A stretch of DNA of 64,000 nucleotides from the NCBI GenBank assembly GCA_964632485.1, contig CAZWDO010000017.1, forward strand, positions 1 to 64,000, read 5' to 3'. A program made the position numbers and the translations under genes. Positions 9,608 through 18,872 of this stretch are shown here, one piece after another. Position 1 is the stretch's first letter; every line of letters starts with the position of its first letter. The notes beneath the pieces were generated by a model, which searched no databases, was not told the DNA's origin, and was given only the letters and a program-made list of their open reading frames with translations. This stretch comes from an uncultured bacterium. Its GTDB lineage: Bacteria; JAGOEH01.

Positions 9608-11188
9608 TTAGTAGGCGGGTAAAAGGAAATCGAGTTGTAATCCCGTCCCCCAGCGATTTTTATGTTCAAATAATGTCTCCGTTTTTGGCAAACTTATATT
9701 AAAATAAAGGCTCAACTGTATGTTTCCGATTGCGGGGTAATCCCATAAAGCGGCTAATTCTATCCGGTGGTTATAATAAGAGGTATAATAGTATTCGATA
9801 TCCTGCTGCCATACATTGGCCCAGGGCGAATAAAAAGCGAAGGCAGGGGCTGGATCGGGGACATGATGGAGGCGAAATGAATACGAAAGCTGACTTAAAA
9901 ACCGCGATAAGTGAATGGGTAGAAACTCGATTTTTATCTCAGTCCGATAACTTTGCAAATTCCATGTGATTTCACTGAAATCATCGGTATAATCTGTTTT
10001 TTGCCATTGCAGCGAGGGAATGATTCCAACTTTTCGTCCCCCGGAAAACTGTCGATATAAATTCCAGCGGATCAAAGGCGTATAGCGCTGGCAATTGGTA
10101 ATCGTCAAGTCATAATCCGGATGCCGGGAATCGGCATATTCCATTTGTAATTTGAAAATCAGCAAACTTTGGAGCGTTTCATGAATCGTTGAATACCAGG
10201 AAATTCCAGAATTGAGTGACAGTAATTGGTATTTGCCTTCAGGTCGGGGTTGGGTTCCATTGTTACGGATCGCTAGCTGATGAGTTTCAAGCTTGATATC
10301 CGCAATGAAGCATTCGCGTTTGAAAAGTGAAATACATGTATAGTAGTCGGTTTGATCCTGACGCCGTTTTTCATCGGTTTTAACCTGGGTAATCGGATAA
10401 TCGTACCCGCGAAATTTTATTAACGTTGGAACGATCGAACTAGTGCGATCATCGCTATAGAGAATTTCTTCATCATATTGACCGATCCCGAAAACCCCGT
10501 TGAATGTCAACTCGGGGTTCAGTTTCCATCCCCAACCCGCCAGAACGCGCATCCGGACATGATTGGAGACCGGTTTGGGCGAAACGGCTTTAAGGGTTTC
10601 ATCGACTTCATAATCCATCCGGATTCCCCACTGCCATCGTTGGCCGGCATAGCGGGCATAGGTGGCGTTTAACGCAATCCCGTTGGAAGTCTGGTCGCCA
10701 GTTGCCGAATCGCCGGAAACAAAGGGCATCCCGAATGGGAGTTCTCCGGTAACGAGCCAATGGCGGTTGATAGCTGTTTTCTTAAAAAATTTGAACTCAC
10801 CTCCAAAAATCTCGTGGCGATTCAGTTTCTTCTTTCCACGCGCAGACATCGAGTAAATGCGCATCCCTTCAGCCACTGTAAATGGGCGAAATCCGCCCGT
10901 TTCTCCGTCAATTTTGGATGAGAGCCATAACCAATCCGGATCAGGACTATCAAAAAGAAATGCCGGATTGGAGGCGCTGGTATAGGGTGTGAAGGCGCGG
11001 GACAAAATCGGATCGATAAGGTGTCCGGGAAAATTGTCTGTTATGATTTTTTGAGCGAATAAGCTGCTATCTTCAGAAACTGCCGTCACGTCGACGGGAT
11101 CGGCTGAAAGCCCCGATCCTAAAAAGAATAGACTTATTAACAACCAGAAAGTGAGATTAATATCAAATTTCGCGGGCGCAGTGTACAT
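9608..11188 (-). CDS. Outer-membrane beta-barrel protein (DUF6850-like)
   Basis: Signal peptide, SNPA motif, alternating aromatic beta strands, aromatic C-terminus; lies downstream of TonB receptor and DUF4876-like genes. Confidence 0.6.
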   Translation of the reverse strand: MYTAPAKFDINLTFWLLISLFFLGSGLSADPVDVTAVSEDSSLFAQKIITDNFPGHLIDPILSRAFTPYTSASNPAFLFDSPDPDWLWLSSKIDGETGGFRPFTVAEGMRIYSMSARGKKKLNRHEIFGGEFKFFKKTAINRHWLVTGELPFGMPFVSGDSATGDQTSNGIALNATYARYAGQRWQWGIRMDYEVDETLKAVSPKPVSNHVRMRVLAGWGWKLNPELTFNGVFGIGQYDEEILYSDDRTSSIVPTLIKFRGYDYPITQVKTDEKRRQDQTDYYTCISLFKRECFIADIKLETHQLAIRNNGTQPRPEGKYQLLSLNSGISWYSTIHETLQSLLIFKLQMEYADSRHPDYDLTITNCQRYTPLIRWNLYRQFSGGRKVGIIPSLQWQKTDYTDDFSEITWNLQSYRTEIKIEFLPIHLSRFLSQLSYSFRLHHVPDPAPAFAFYSPWANVWQQDIEYYYTSYYNHRIELAALWDYPAIGNIQLSLYFNISLPKTETLFEHKNRWGTGLQLDFLLPAY

Positions 11189-11197
11189 TCTCTTCCT

Positions 11198-12433
11198 TTA
11201 ATGAGCGGTTTCGGGAGTCGGATCCTCAATGACTTCAAAATCGAGCGCGGAATTATTGGTATCCTGCATCAGCAGGCGCGTCCCGCGAGCGATGATTTTT
11301 CGTTCCATGGAACGTCCGGTATAAAAGACAATCCCGCCGGTGGCTCCGGCGTCAATCGAAGCTGGCAGTTTTTTTGTGAGCAAGTCATTCGCGGGATCCT
11401 TTAAATATTCCACTCCGTCTATGATACTGCTGATGGGAATCGCATACATGCTGTTCTCAAAGGTCAGGGAATTTATCTCCCCGTTAGAAATCACAATGGC
11501 ATCCTTTTCCCCGCCAATCAGCCAGTCGTAACCGGACGGCTGATAAAATATCAGCATATTGGGGACATCCACCGCATCCACGTCTTGACCGCTCTCTTCT
11601 TTATAAAATTCAAAGCGCACGTGGGAGAGATCAACGCTTTCACGGGGTTGTCCGCTGGTAGTGTCGATGGTATGATCGATTCCATCCAGTGCGCAAACGG
11701 CAAAGGCGCCCGGTTCCAGACCATTTTCCCGGCCGCTTCCCGGAAAATACCAGATGTTTTTTGAATATAAATAGCGCGCCGTATCCCCCGATAGATTGTT
11801 TGTAATCTCGGCGATGATAATACCATCGAGATATAAAGTCGTATCGGACTGATTGAATAACTCTACGTATTTGTCATGATAATAATAGCCGGAATTGGGA
11901 GGACCGCAGGCATAAATTTCAGAAATTACCAGGCCGCTACCACCGGAAACTGCTTCCAGGGTAATTTCAAAAATCGTATCGCGTTCGCCGGAAATTGAAA
12001 GCAGTCCCTGGCTTACATTCTTTAGTTGGATGCCATCCACGGGTGAACCGGTAATTTGCGCCATCTCCTGTGAACTCATGGCGCGGATCGCGCTGATATA
12101 GTAATCATCGGCTTTAATCTTTGAAAGCTCAATATTCCCGGTTGAATCGGATATAAAATTGTATTCCAACCCCAGGGTTTTCCCTTTAAGAGATACCTGG
12201 GCGTCGGGAACTCCTGCCATGCTGTACAGGGTTTGCATATATCCCGATACGTCTTTAAGATATATTTGAACAATTTTATCGCGGGAAGAACTGTTGCTGC
12301 ATCCGCTGAACAGGGCTGGCGCGACTAAAATCAGCCATAGCGCGGCATTTCTAAAATAGCCGGAAAGGTAATATTTTGCCTGGAATCCCGGACGAAATTC
12401 GTAACGATCATTAAATTTTAGCTTTCTTTGCAT
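11198..12433 (-). CDS. DUF4876-like lipoprotein
   Basis: Lipobox LFSG-C; GLVISEIYACG, YYHDKYVELFNQSDTTLYLDG, IIDGVE, MQDTNNSALDF motifs. Confidence 0.72.
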   Translation of the reverse strand: MQRKLKFNDRYEFRPGFQAKYYLSGYFRNAALWLILVAPALFSGCSNSSSRDKIVQIYLKDVSGYMQTLYSMAGVPDAQVSLKGKTLGLEYNFISDSTGNIELSKIKADDYYISAIRAMSSQEMAQITGSPVDGIQLKNVSQGLLSISGERDTIFEITLEAVSGGSGLVISEIYACGPPNSGYYYHDKYVELFNQSDTTLYLDGIIIAEITNNLSGDTARYLYSKNIWYFPGSGRENGLEPGAFAVCALDGIDHTIDTTSGQPRESVDLSHVRFEFYKEESGQDVDAVDVPNMLIFYQPSGYDWLIGGEKDAIVISNGEINSLTFENSMYAIPISSIIDGVEYLKDPANDLLTKKLPASIDAGATGGIVFYTGRSMERKIIARGTRLLMQDTNNSALDFEVIEDPTPETAH

Positions 12434-12448
12434 ATCCTATCCTTTCAT

Positions 12449-15118
12449 TTAAGGATTAATTTGAGCGCTCAGTTGTAAACCATAAAAAAGTTCCGGATTG
12501 CGGCGCGTATAAACCGGATTTTTGGGGGATGATCTTTTTTGCATATAATATGGCCGATGGTTGAATAGGTTATTGACGAAAAAGGAAAGTTCGGCGCCTT
12601 TCCATAACGATTTGCTGACATTAATATTGAACAACCACAAGTTAGGCATATCCTCCTCATTCAGTTCATAGGGCTGGAGGGATTCTCTTAGCATTTGATA
12701 CTCGTCGGATGTTTGGTCCTCTGGGGGGATTGCTACTAATCGTCCATCCTGAGTCAAATAACCTTTGGGGTAGATATCGGTCATGTTTTTGTAACCTGAG
12801 ATGGAAAGAATATCCTGCATGGCATGGAGGGTGACCCAGATGCCTAAGCGCGCGAACTGAATATCGCAGCGATAATCAATTTGCAGATTATGGGAGTAGG
12901 GGGGATTGCTTTTGTATAAGGCCCTCACTGGCTGGTTTTCCAAAGAGAGATTTATTGGAAATGAGGAATAATAATTAAGATTGTTTTGATAGTAATAATA
13001 GGAATATGCCGCATCGACACGAAAAATGGTATGAATCCGCGGCAGACGTCGGGTTCTGAATGTGAACTCGAGACCCCGCGAGGTTTTTTCCCCGTCGTTG
13101 AAATAGCTCGAATAATCATAGAGAAAAACAGTATCTTTTACAAAAGCGGTGGACTGGTCCGGCCAATCGGGAAAACTGCGTTTATGGATAACAACCGGCG
13201 TTGTCAGACTGCGAAACTCATCAAACGTCTGAGCCAGAAACGCGGTCAAGGTAAATCCGGTGGGTCCCAGTTCCTGATCCCAGCTCATTTCCCATTTGTT
13301 TTCGCGGTAAGCTTTCAAATGGGGGGTGTCCTGGTTGAAAATATTGGTAGTAATGATCGAGAAATTTTTATCCGGATGAGCGGGATCGACTACGGCGACG
13401 GTATCGCTCATATCGATATATTTATTGCCGGGATAAATGAGTCCCAGCGGGGGAGATTTTGCGGTTTGGCCGAATCCGAAACGGAGCTGACTCTGTTCGC
13501 TCAGAGATATGGACAGATTACTGCGCGGCTGCAGGAAAGCGCCCTGGCTGGCGGTCAATCCTCGCAAGCCATTCCATTTCTCGGGACGGAAGGCATCGTA
13601 GCGAATGCCGATTTGGAGGGTAAAGGGCAGGCCTAACCGGCCATTGATTTTATCTTCAACGTAGAATGCTACTTGATGATACGCTGGTAAATGGTCGTAA
13701 GAACGGGGGCGGGCCGATTGTAGTCCCACTGTTGGCGGGTAGAGGGGATCGAAGAGTACGCCTTTACCATAGTTCGCATCAAGCTGATAATCGATACCGC
13801 TGATGATGGTATGGTGCCAGAACCAGTTCGGCTGCTGCCATTCATTGCTCAAATGAACTGCAAAATTGAACACCTCTCCTTTAATTTGTTTTTTGCCGAG
13901 ATAGGAACCGAAAACAATCACTCCTTCCTGCGAACCTTCTGTAATCCGATCGCTGACGATTGTATTGTCCCGGGCAACAATTCCCTGTGAAAAGGAATTC
14001 TGATGGGTCCACGTCAGGGCAAATGAATTGCTTAGTTTAAATTGGGAGGTCAGCCGTAATTCATGGGTATGGGAATACCGCGCCATCAGGTCGCGATTAT
14101 ACCAGGCCGCGCGATCGACCAACTCTGGTTTTTCCTTGCTTTCATCAAATGAGCGAGTAATGAGAATGCTATGAAACCATTTGCGCGTCACTGTCTCCCG
14201 TCGGGCGGAAATCTGCCAGGCCAGACGGGTATAACCATCGCCCGGAATGCGGATGTCCCGTTCGCTCAGGGCAATATTAGCATTCGTACTGATGGTCCAT
14301 TGATTGAATATACGACCCAGGCTGATGTTTGATTCATAAAGGTGGGGATTGTACTTAAATTTGATCCGTAAGGGTTCGTTCCGGTTTTTAGTTGTTACTT
14401 TCACCGCGCCGTCCGCCAGATTCCCGTAACGCGCAGAAGGTACTCCGCGGATGATTTCCACCGATTCGATGTTCTCTGCCGGTATCGCGCGCAAATCATA
14501 GCCGGTATTAGCGCTGGAATATCCGATCCCCACTTGCATGTTGGCGGTATTAGATAGCTCCACTCCATCCAACAGGAGTTGGGCGCCCAGTGATTGCCCC
14601 CCGCGAATTGTGGCTTTTTCGGGGGCGCTCATGGTGGGATTCCGCGGGGCTTGCCCGGGTTGCAACAATAATATATCGCTCAGGCTGGTCGCCTGGATAT
14701 GCTCTATTTCCCCTGAACTGATCGATGTTTTGGTCTGCCCGTCAGGTGGAATGAAGCGATCCGGCGCGGTAACCATTATTCCACCAATTTGAATGGTTTT
14801 ATCCACCAACCGATAGGTTTTGTTCAATGTTGTATCCGTGGTCCAGTTAATCCGTTCCTGAAAACTCTCATAGCCGATATGGGTGATCAAAATTGTGTAA
14901 CGCCCCTTCGGCAATTCAAAATGGAAATTTCCTTCAATATCGGTAATCGTCCCCTGCCGGTTTTCAAGGATTATAATATTGGCATAAGGAATCGATTCCT
15001 CATTTGCATCCACTAATTTACCCCGCCATTCAAAGGCGTTGACGCGAGTATTTATTGAGATTAGCAGGATATAAACGAGAAAAAACAGGTTTGGTTTTAA
15101 ATCTTTTATTTTCACCAT
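12449..15118 (-). CDS. TonB-dependent receptor with N-terminal carboxypeptidase-regulatory-like domain
   Basis: IPYANI...GTITDIEGNF, IEHIQATSLSDILLLQPG, DLRAIPAENIESVEIIRGVPSARYG plug, FVNNLFN C-terminal box. Confidence 0.92.
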   Translation of the reverse strand: MVKIKDLKPNLFFLVYILLISINTRVNAFEWRGKLVDANEESIPYANIIILENRQGTITDIEGNFHFELPKGRYTILITHIGYESFQERINWTTDTTLNKTYRLVDKTIQIGGIMVTAPDRFIPPDGQTKTSISSGEIEHIQATSLSDILLLQPGQAPRNPTMSAPEKATIRGGQSLGAQLLLDGVELSNTANMQVGIGYSSANTGYDLRAIPAENIESVEIIRGVPSARYGNLADGAVKVTTKNRNEPLRIKFKYNPHLYESNISLGRIFNQWTISTNANIALSERDIRIPGDGYTRLAWQISARRETVTRKWFHSILITRSFDESKEKPELVDRAAWYNRDLMARYSHTHELRLTSQFKLSNSFALTWTHQNSFSQGIVARDNTIVSDRITEGSQEGVIVFGSYLGKKQIKGEVFNFAVHLSNEWQQPNWFWHHTIISGIDYQLDANYGKGVLFDPLYPPTVGLQSARPRSYDHLPAYHQVAFYVEDKINGRLGLPFTLQIGIRYDAFRPEKWNGLRGLTASQGAFLQPRSNLSISLSEQSQLRFGFGQTAKSPPLGLIYPGNKYIDMSDTVAVVDPAHPDKNFSIITTNIFNQDTPHLKAYRENKWEMSWDQELGPTGFTLTAFLAQTFDEFRSLTTPVVIHKRSFPDWPDQSTAFVKDTVFLYDYSSYFNDGEKTSRGLEFTFRTRRLPRIHTIFRVDAAYSYYYYQNNLNYYSSFPINLSLENQPVRALYKSNPPYSHNLQIDYRCDIQFARLGIWVTLHAMQDILSISGYKNMTDIYPKGYLTQDGRLVAIPPEDQTSDEYQMLRESLQPYELNEEDMPNLWLFNINVSKSLWKGAELSFFVNNLFNHRPYYMQKRSSPKNPVYTRRNPELFYGLQLSAQINP

Positions 15119-15126
15119 TATCTTAT

Positions 15127-15154
15127 AGTATAATCAATCTAAATTTGATGTCAA
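15127..15154 (-). promoter_or_regulatory. sigma70-type promoter of the TonB/DUF4876 cluster
   Basis: TTGACA-N16-TATACT on the minus strand; -10 ends 9 bp before the annotated ATG. Confidence 0.6.
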
Positions 15155-15176
15155 GATAATTTTTTTATTTTTTTCC

Positions 15177-15205
15177 TTGACAATATGAACTATATTGCTT
15201 ATACT
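15177..15205 (+). promoter_or_regulatory. sigma70-type promoter of the TM1266-like / TonB pair
   Basis: TTGACA-N17-TATACT. Confidence 0.78.
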
Positions 15206-15328
15206 AAATATGTGGAAAGGACATGTTAAAATGAATCCCGATTATGGGAATTTTTTGAAACAGGTTCTGAAGGTAATCACATTAACAATCTGATGGAAGG
15301 GTTTAAAACCTGACCAAAGGAGGCAATT

Positions 15329-15637
15329 ATGAATAGTTTTGAGAGCTCGCGATCTCCGACAAAAACGCGACGTATCGGGGTTTTGGGTATTTTCATCCAA
15401 GCATTGGACAGCGTTAACCAGGTCAATACCATCCTCAGTGAATTTGGTTCCTGTATTCGGGGCCGATTGGGATTACCCCGCCTGGAAGCCCATTCTGATT
15501 TACACCTTATTGCCATCATTTTCGAAGGTTCAACTGATGACTTTGGCGCTATTTGCGGCCGATTGGGCCAATTGTCCGGTGTCGAAGCCAAGAGCCTGCT
15601 TTCTAAACAAGTCAATGATAGTTGCTCGTCAGTTTGA
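15329..15637 (+). CDS. TM1266-family small ACT/NikR-C-like protein (putative iron-only hydrogenase system regulator family)
   Basis: RIGVLGIFI...VNTILSEF...IRGRLGLP...IAIIFEG...GRLGQLSGVEAKS pattern; strong SD AAAGGAGG. Confidence 0.78.
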   Translation: MNSFESSRSPTKTRRIGVLGIFIQALDSVNQVNTILSEFGSCIRGRLGLPRLEAHSDLHLIAIIFEGSTDDFGAICGRLGQLSGVEAKSLLSKQVNDSCSSV

Positions 15638-15640
15638 GGA

Positions 15641-18043
15641 ATGGCTACACTAAAAAAGGAGATCACTGTGAAATTAATACAGATCATTTTATCGTTGATA
15701 ACTGCATGTGGCATTTTACAAGCTGCAGTTTTAACCGGAATTGTCCGTGATCAGGCTACCGGCCAGGGACTGGCTTATGCGAATATTTTGCTTTTGCCGC
15801 AGAACCAGGGGATTGTTTCCGACCGGCAAGGGAATTTTGTATTTAAAAATCTCCTCTCCGGAGAAATTACTCTGCAGGTCCGTTATATGGGATACCAGAT
15901 TTTTGAGAAAACGTTCAGCATTGAAGATTTAAACGCTTCGCTTGAGGTTATAGCGGTATTGACTCCTCGTGATATTGAAGGGGATAGGGTAGTTGTTACC
16001 GCGACCCGTTATGCCAAATCGCTGGATGAGGTGAGCCAACCGGTAACGGTTATCGATCGGAAGCAACTGGTTGAAACTGCGCCATTGACGCCGGCGGATG
16101 CGTTGGCTGGCGAAGCGGGGATCGATTTGGGCCGGGACGGCGCCTGGGGAACGCGGGTAGCGGTTCGCGGATTGAGCCGTGAAAAATTAGTGACTCTGGT
16201 GGACGGGTATCGGATCGATACGGCCGAAGACCTGGCGGCGGGTCTTTCCATGATCGATTTGAACGATGTCGAACGAATTGAAGTCATCCGTGGAGGAAGT
16301 TCCGCGCTTTACGGTAGTGGCGCTATTGGCGGCGTTATTAATATTATTACGCGCGACGCATTTTTTTCACCCGCTTTTTATGTCCGCGGCAATTGGGGGG
16401 CGCAGTACGGAAGTGTAAATAATCTTTGGGGTTCTCATTTGAATTTCAGCGCCGGGCACCAGCGCTGGTACGCCCGTTTGAGTCTCGCCGCCCGCAATGC
16501 GGATAATATTCATACTCCGGAGGGAGTGTTAACGAATAGTCAGTTTAATGATAATAATATCAGTTTCCGCTCCGGCTTTATCCCAGGCGCGCATCAACAG
16601 CTAAAATTTAATTATCAGAAGTTTCATGCCTGGGATGTGGGTATCCCCGGCGGGTATCCTTTATTTCCAAGTGAAGCGGACGTGCGCTATCCAGCCGAAG
16701 ACCGGCAATTGTATAGCCTGGAATATGAAATACATTCTTTGTTTTCATTCTGGCCGAAAGTCGCCATGAAGGTGTACCGACAGACTATTGAACGCAATGT
16801 AGAAAATATTCCGCATACTGTAAAAAATATTCCGGCCACTGCCGATAAACCCGCGAGTCGGGTTTCGGTTCTTTCGGTGCGGCCCGGCGCTGAGCATCTG
16901 TTAAACGGACTTCAAATGCAGTCGGAATTTTTGCCGCATTCCCGGCACTATTTCGTGGTCGGGTATGATTTTTGGCAAAAGGATTATAAGGGGTATCGCG
17001 CTAAGGAACAACAAATTGATCTCCTGGATTCACAGGGGGCGGTTGTCAAGACTACTTCCAAGATTATCGGTGAACTACCCATGCCGGATTCATACTACCG
17101 TAACCATGGTTTTTTTGCGCAGGATGAGTGGCAACTAATTCCCGCTTCAATATCGGTGTTGGTCGGCGGGCGTTGGGATGCAATTCTGACTGAAAATGAG
17201 CCAGCCCTCAACCCGCTTTATGAAATCGTCAATGGGGTTCGAAATGATCAGCCGGCTGGACAATATACGCTCTGGGCTGCCGAAAAATCGTTCAACCATT
17301 CCTGGAGCGCAAATTTGAGTTTACGCTATCAATGGCAGAAACTTGCGCTGTCAATGACTGCTGCCCGTTCATTTCGTTCGCCCTATCTGGAAGAACGCTA
17401 CCAGTTTATCGATCTGGGATCGCTGGTCAAAGTCGGAAATCCCGATCTGGAGCCCGAATATAGCCGATTCTATGATTGGGGAATGAGTTGGTTCGGACCT
17501 AAATTGGAAGTGAACGGCCACTTTTTTTTAAACGACCTGCAAGATTTGGTTGTGGAAATGCCCGGTGTATATGAAGGCCGTAACGCCTTGTTCAAAACAA
17601 ATATCGGTGAAGCCCGGCTTTGGGGATTCGATGGTTCACTGCGTTGGCAGGCGCTGAAACCTCTGGAAATCGGCGTAAATCTCGCTTATGTGAAGGGCGA
17701 GGACCGAATGAATAATACTCCTTTGCCGGCCATTGCGCCTTTAAATAGCCGCATGAGTCTGCGATGGCAGATCTTTCCTTTACTGGAATGGCATACGCAA
17801 TTGACGTGGTTTGCCAAACAGGACCGGATCGCCGAAGGCGAGATTGAAACGGCCGGGTACTCTCTATTAGATACCTGGTGGGTCAGTGATACTATTTTGT
17901 TTCTGGGCATTGGACATAGCTGGACATTGGGTGTGGAGAATATTTTTGATGAATCGTACCGCAATCATCTTTCCACCAATCGCAGTATGATCACCGCCGA
18001 AGCGGGACGCAACTTCAGCATACGCTGGCAAATGAATTATTAA
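15641..18043 (+). CDS. TonB-dependent receptor (heme/B12/metal-chelate receptor-like)
   Basis: VVVTATR TonB box, VERIEVIRGGSSALYGSGAIGGVINIIT, GNPDLEPE, GVENIFDESYRNHLS, terminal Y. Confidence 0.92.
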   Translation: MATLKKEITVKLIQIILSLITACGILQAAVLTGIVRDQATGQGLAYANILLLPQNQGIVSDRQGNFVFKNLLSGEITLQVRYMGYQIFEKTFSIEDLNASLEVIAVLTPRDIEGDRVVVTATRYAKSLDEVSQPVTVIDRKQLVETAPLTPADALAGEAGIDLGRDGAWGTRVAVRGLSREKLVTLVDGYRIDTAEDLAAGLSMIDLNDVERIEVIRGGSSALYGSGAIGGVINIITRDAFFSPAFYVRGNWGAQYGSVNNLWGSHLNFSAGHQRWYARLSLAARNADNIHTPEGVLTNSQFNDNNISFRSGFIPGAHQQLKFNYQKFHAWDVGIPGGYPLFPSEADVRYPAEDRQLYSLEYEIHSLFSFWPKVAMKVYRQTIERNVENIPHTVKNIPATADKPASRVSVLSVRPGAEHLLNGLQMQSEFLPHSRHYFVVGYDFWQKDYKGYRAKEQQIDLLDSQGAVVKTTSKIIGELPMPDSYYRNHGFFAQDEWQLIPASISVLVGGRWDAILTENEPALNPLYEIVNGVRNDQPAGQYTLWAAEKSFNHSWSANLSLRYQWQKLALSMTAARSFRSPYLEERYQFIDLGSLVKVGNPDLEPEYSRFYDWGMSWFGPKLEVNGHFFLNDLQDLVVEMPGVYEGRNALFKTNIGEARLWGFDGSLRWQALKPLEIGVNLAYVKGEDRMNNTPLPAIAPLNSRMSLRWQIFPLLEWHTQLTWFAKQDRIAEGEIETAGYSLLDTWWVSDTILFLGIGHSWTLGVENIFDESYRNHLSTNRSMITAEAGRNFSIRWQMNY

Positions 18044-18053
18044 TGAAAATGAT

Positions 18054-18081
18054 GGGCGAAACTGTATGAACGGTTTCGCCC
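18054..18081. terminator. Hairpin between convergent genes (probable bidirectional terminator)
   Basis: GGGCGAAACTG / CGGTTTCGCCC inverted repeat. Confidence 0.6.
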
Positions 18082-18094
18082 CTTCTGGGCAGTT

Positions 18095-18721
18095 CTATTG
18101 CGCAGGATAACCAACGGGTTGAGTCAGAAGGACTTTCTGAGTGGTTTTCAGTTTCATTGTCCCTGCCAGCGCTGGTTTGTCCACCCAGCCCAAAACGACA
18201 GTGGCCAGATTTTCGGATGCCGAAAAGAGATAGACATTTTGACTGACAAAGCCGACATCCGTGGCTGAATAGAAATCATTCACTTTTTCATCTTTATTCA
18301 TGCGCGCATAATCGGCGACATACACCAGGACGATCGGCGCCGTCTTCACAAAATCCTGTTTGCCGGTGGAAGGACGGATATCCTCGGTCATAACGGGCTG
18401 TAACTGGTGGTTAACGGCGTCATAAAGATAAAGACCATTGGCGGTGGCTGCATAAATGTCGATTTCCATTTTGTTACTGGCCGTGGGCGCCGTACGTTTG
18501 CCGTTGGGTCGGTTAATACCAGCCGCGGCCCAAAGTAGATTTGAAATAAGCTGGGTAGGCAATTCCTTCTCACTAAAAGACCGTTGCGATTGCCGCTCTT
18601 TTAAGGCTTGCATGAGCGGTTTGCCACCCGTGGTATCGGGCGCGGGCAGTTTAATCAGGTCCTGAGCATTGAGCGCGCTCAGCAAGAATAGCATAATAGC
18701 AGTTAGAACGAGATGACGCAT
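18095..18721 (-). CDS. Nitroreductase-family flavoprotein (SagB/ThcOx-like subgroup) with signal peptide
   Basis: ALKERQSQRSF, LLWAAAGINR, RTAPTA, SQNVYL, QPVGYP; hydrophobic N-terminus ending ALNA-Q. Confidence 0.85.
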   Translation of the reverse strand: MRHLVLTAIMLFLLSALNAQDLIKLPAPDTTGGKPLMQALKERQSQRSFSEKELPTQLISNLLWAAAGINRPNGKRTAPTASNKMEIDIYAATANGLYLYDAVNHQLQPVMTEDIRPSTGKQDFVKTAPIVLVYVADYARMNKDEKVNDFYSATDVGFVSQNVYLFSASENLATVVLGWVDKPALAGTMKLKTTQKVLLTQPVGYPAQ

Positions 18722-18872
18722 GTTTTTACTCCTTGTTGGCGGTTGGTTGTGATCGTTAGCGGGTTTTAGCGCTTTAAAAGCGTTTTAAAAGCGCTTTTTC
18801 CAGTCGTATAGCATTTTAATAATAATACACCTTTTCAGAGATTTGGGTTAAGCAATGCCTGCGCTTTGTTTT

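Noticed and set aside
12986-13636. 216-aa plus-strand ORF opposite the TonB receptor, and similar antisense ORFs over asnS, mazG and the M24 peptidase
   Set aside because: Fully overlap well-supported genes on the other strand and show no domain signal.
15210-15328. Known riboswitch (cobalamin, TPP, Moco, c-di-AMP, NiCo) before the TonB receptor
   Set aside because: Conserved core motifs not found by eye; kept only as an unknown structured leader.
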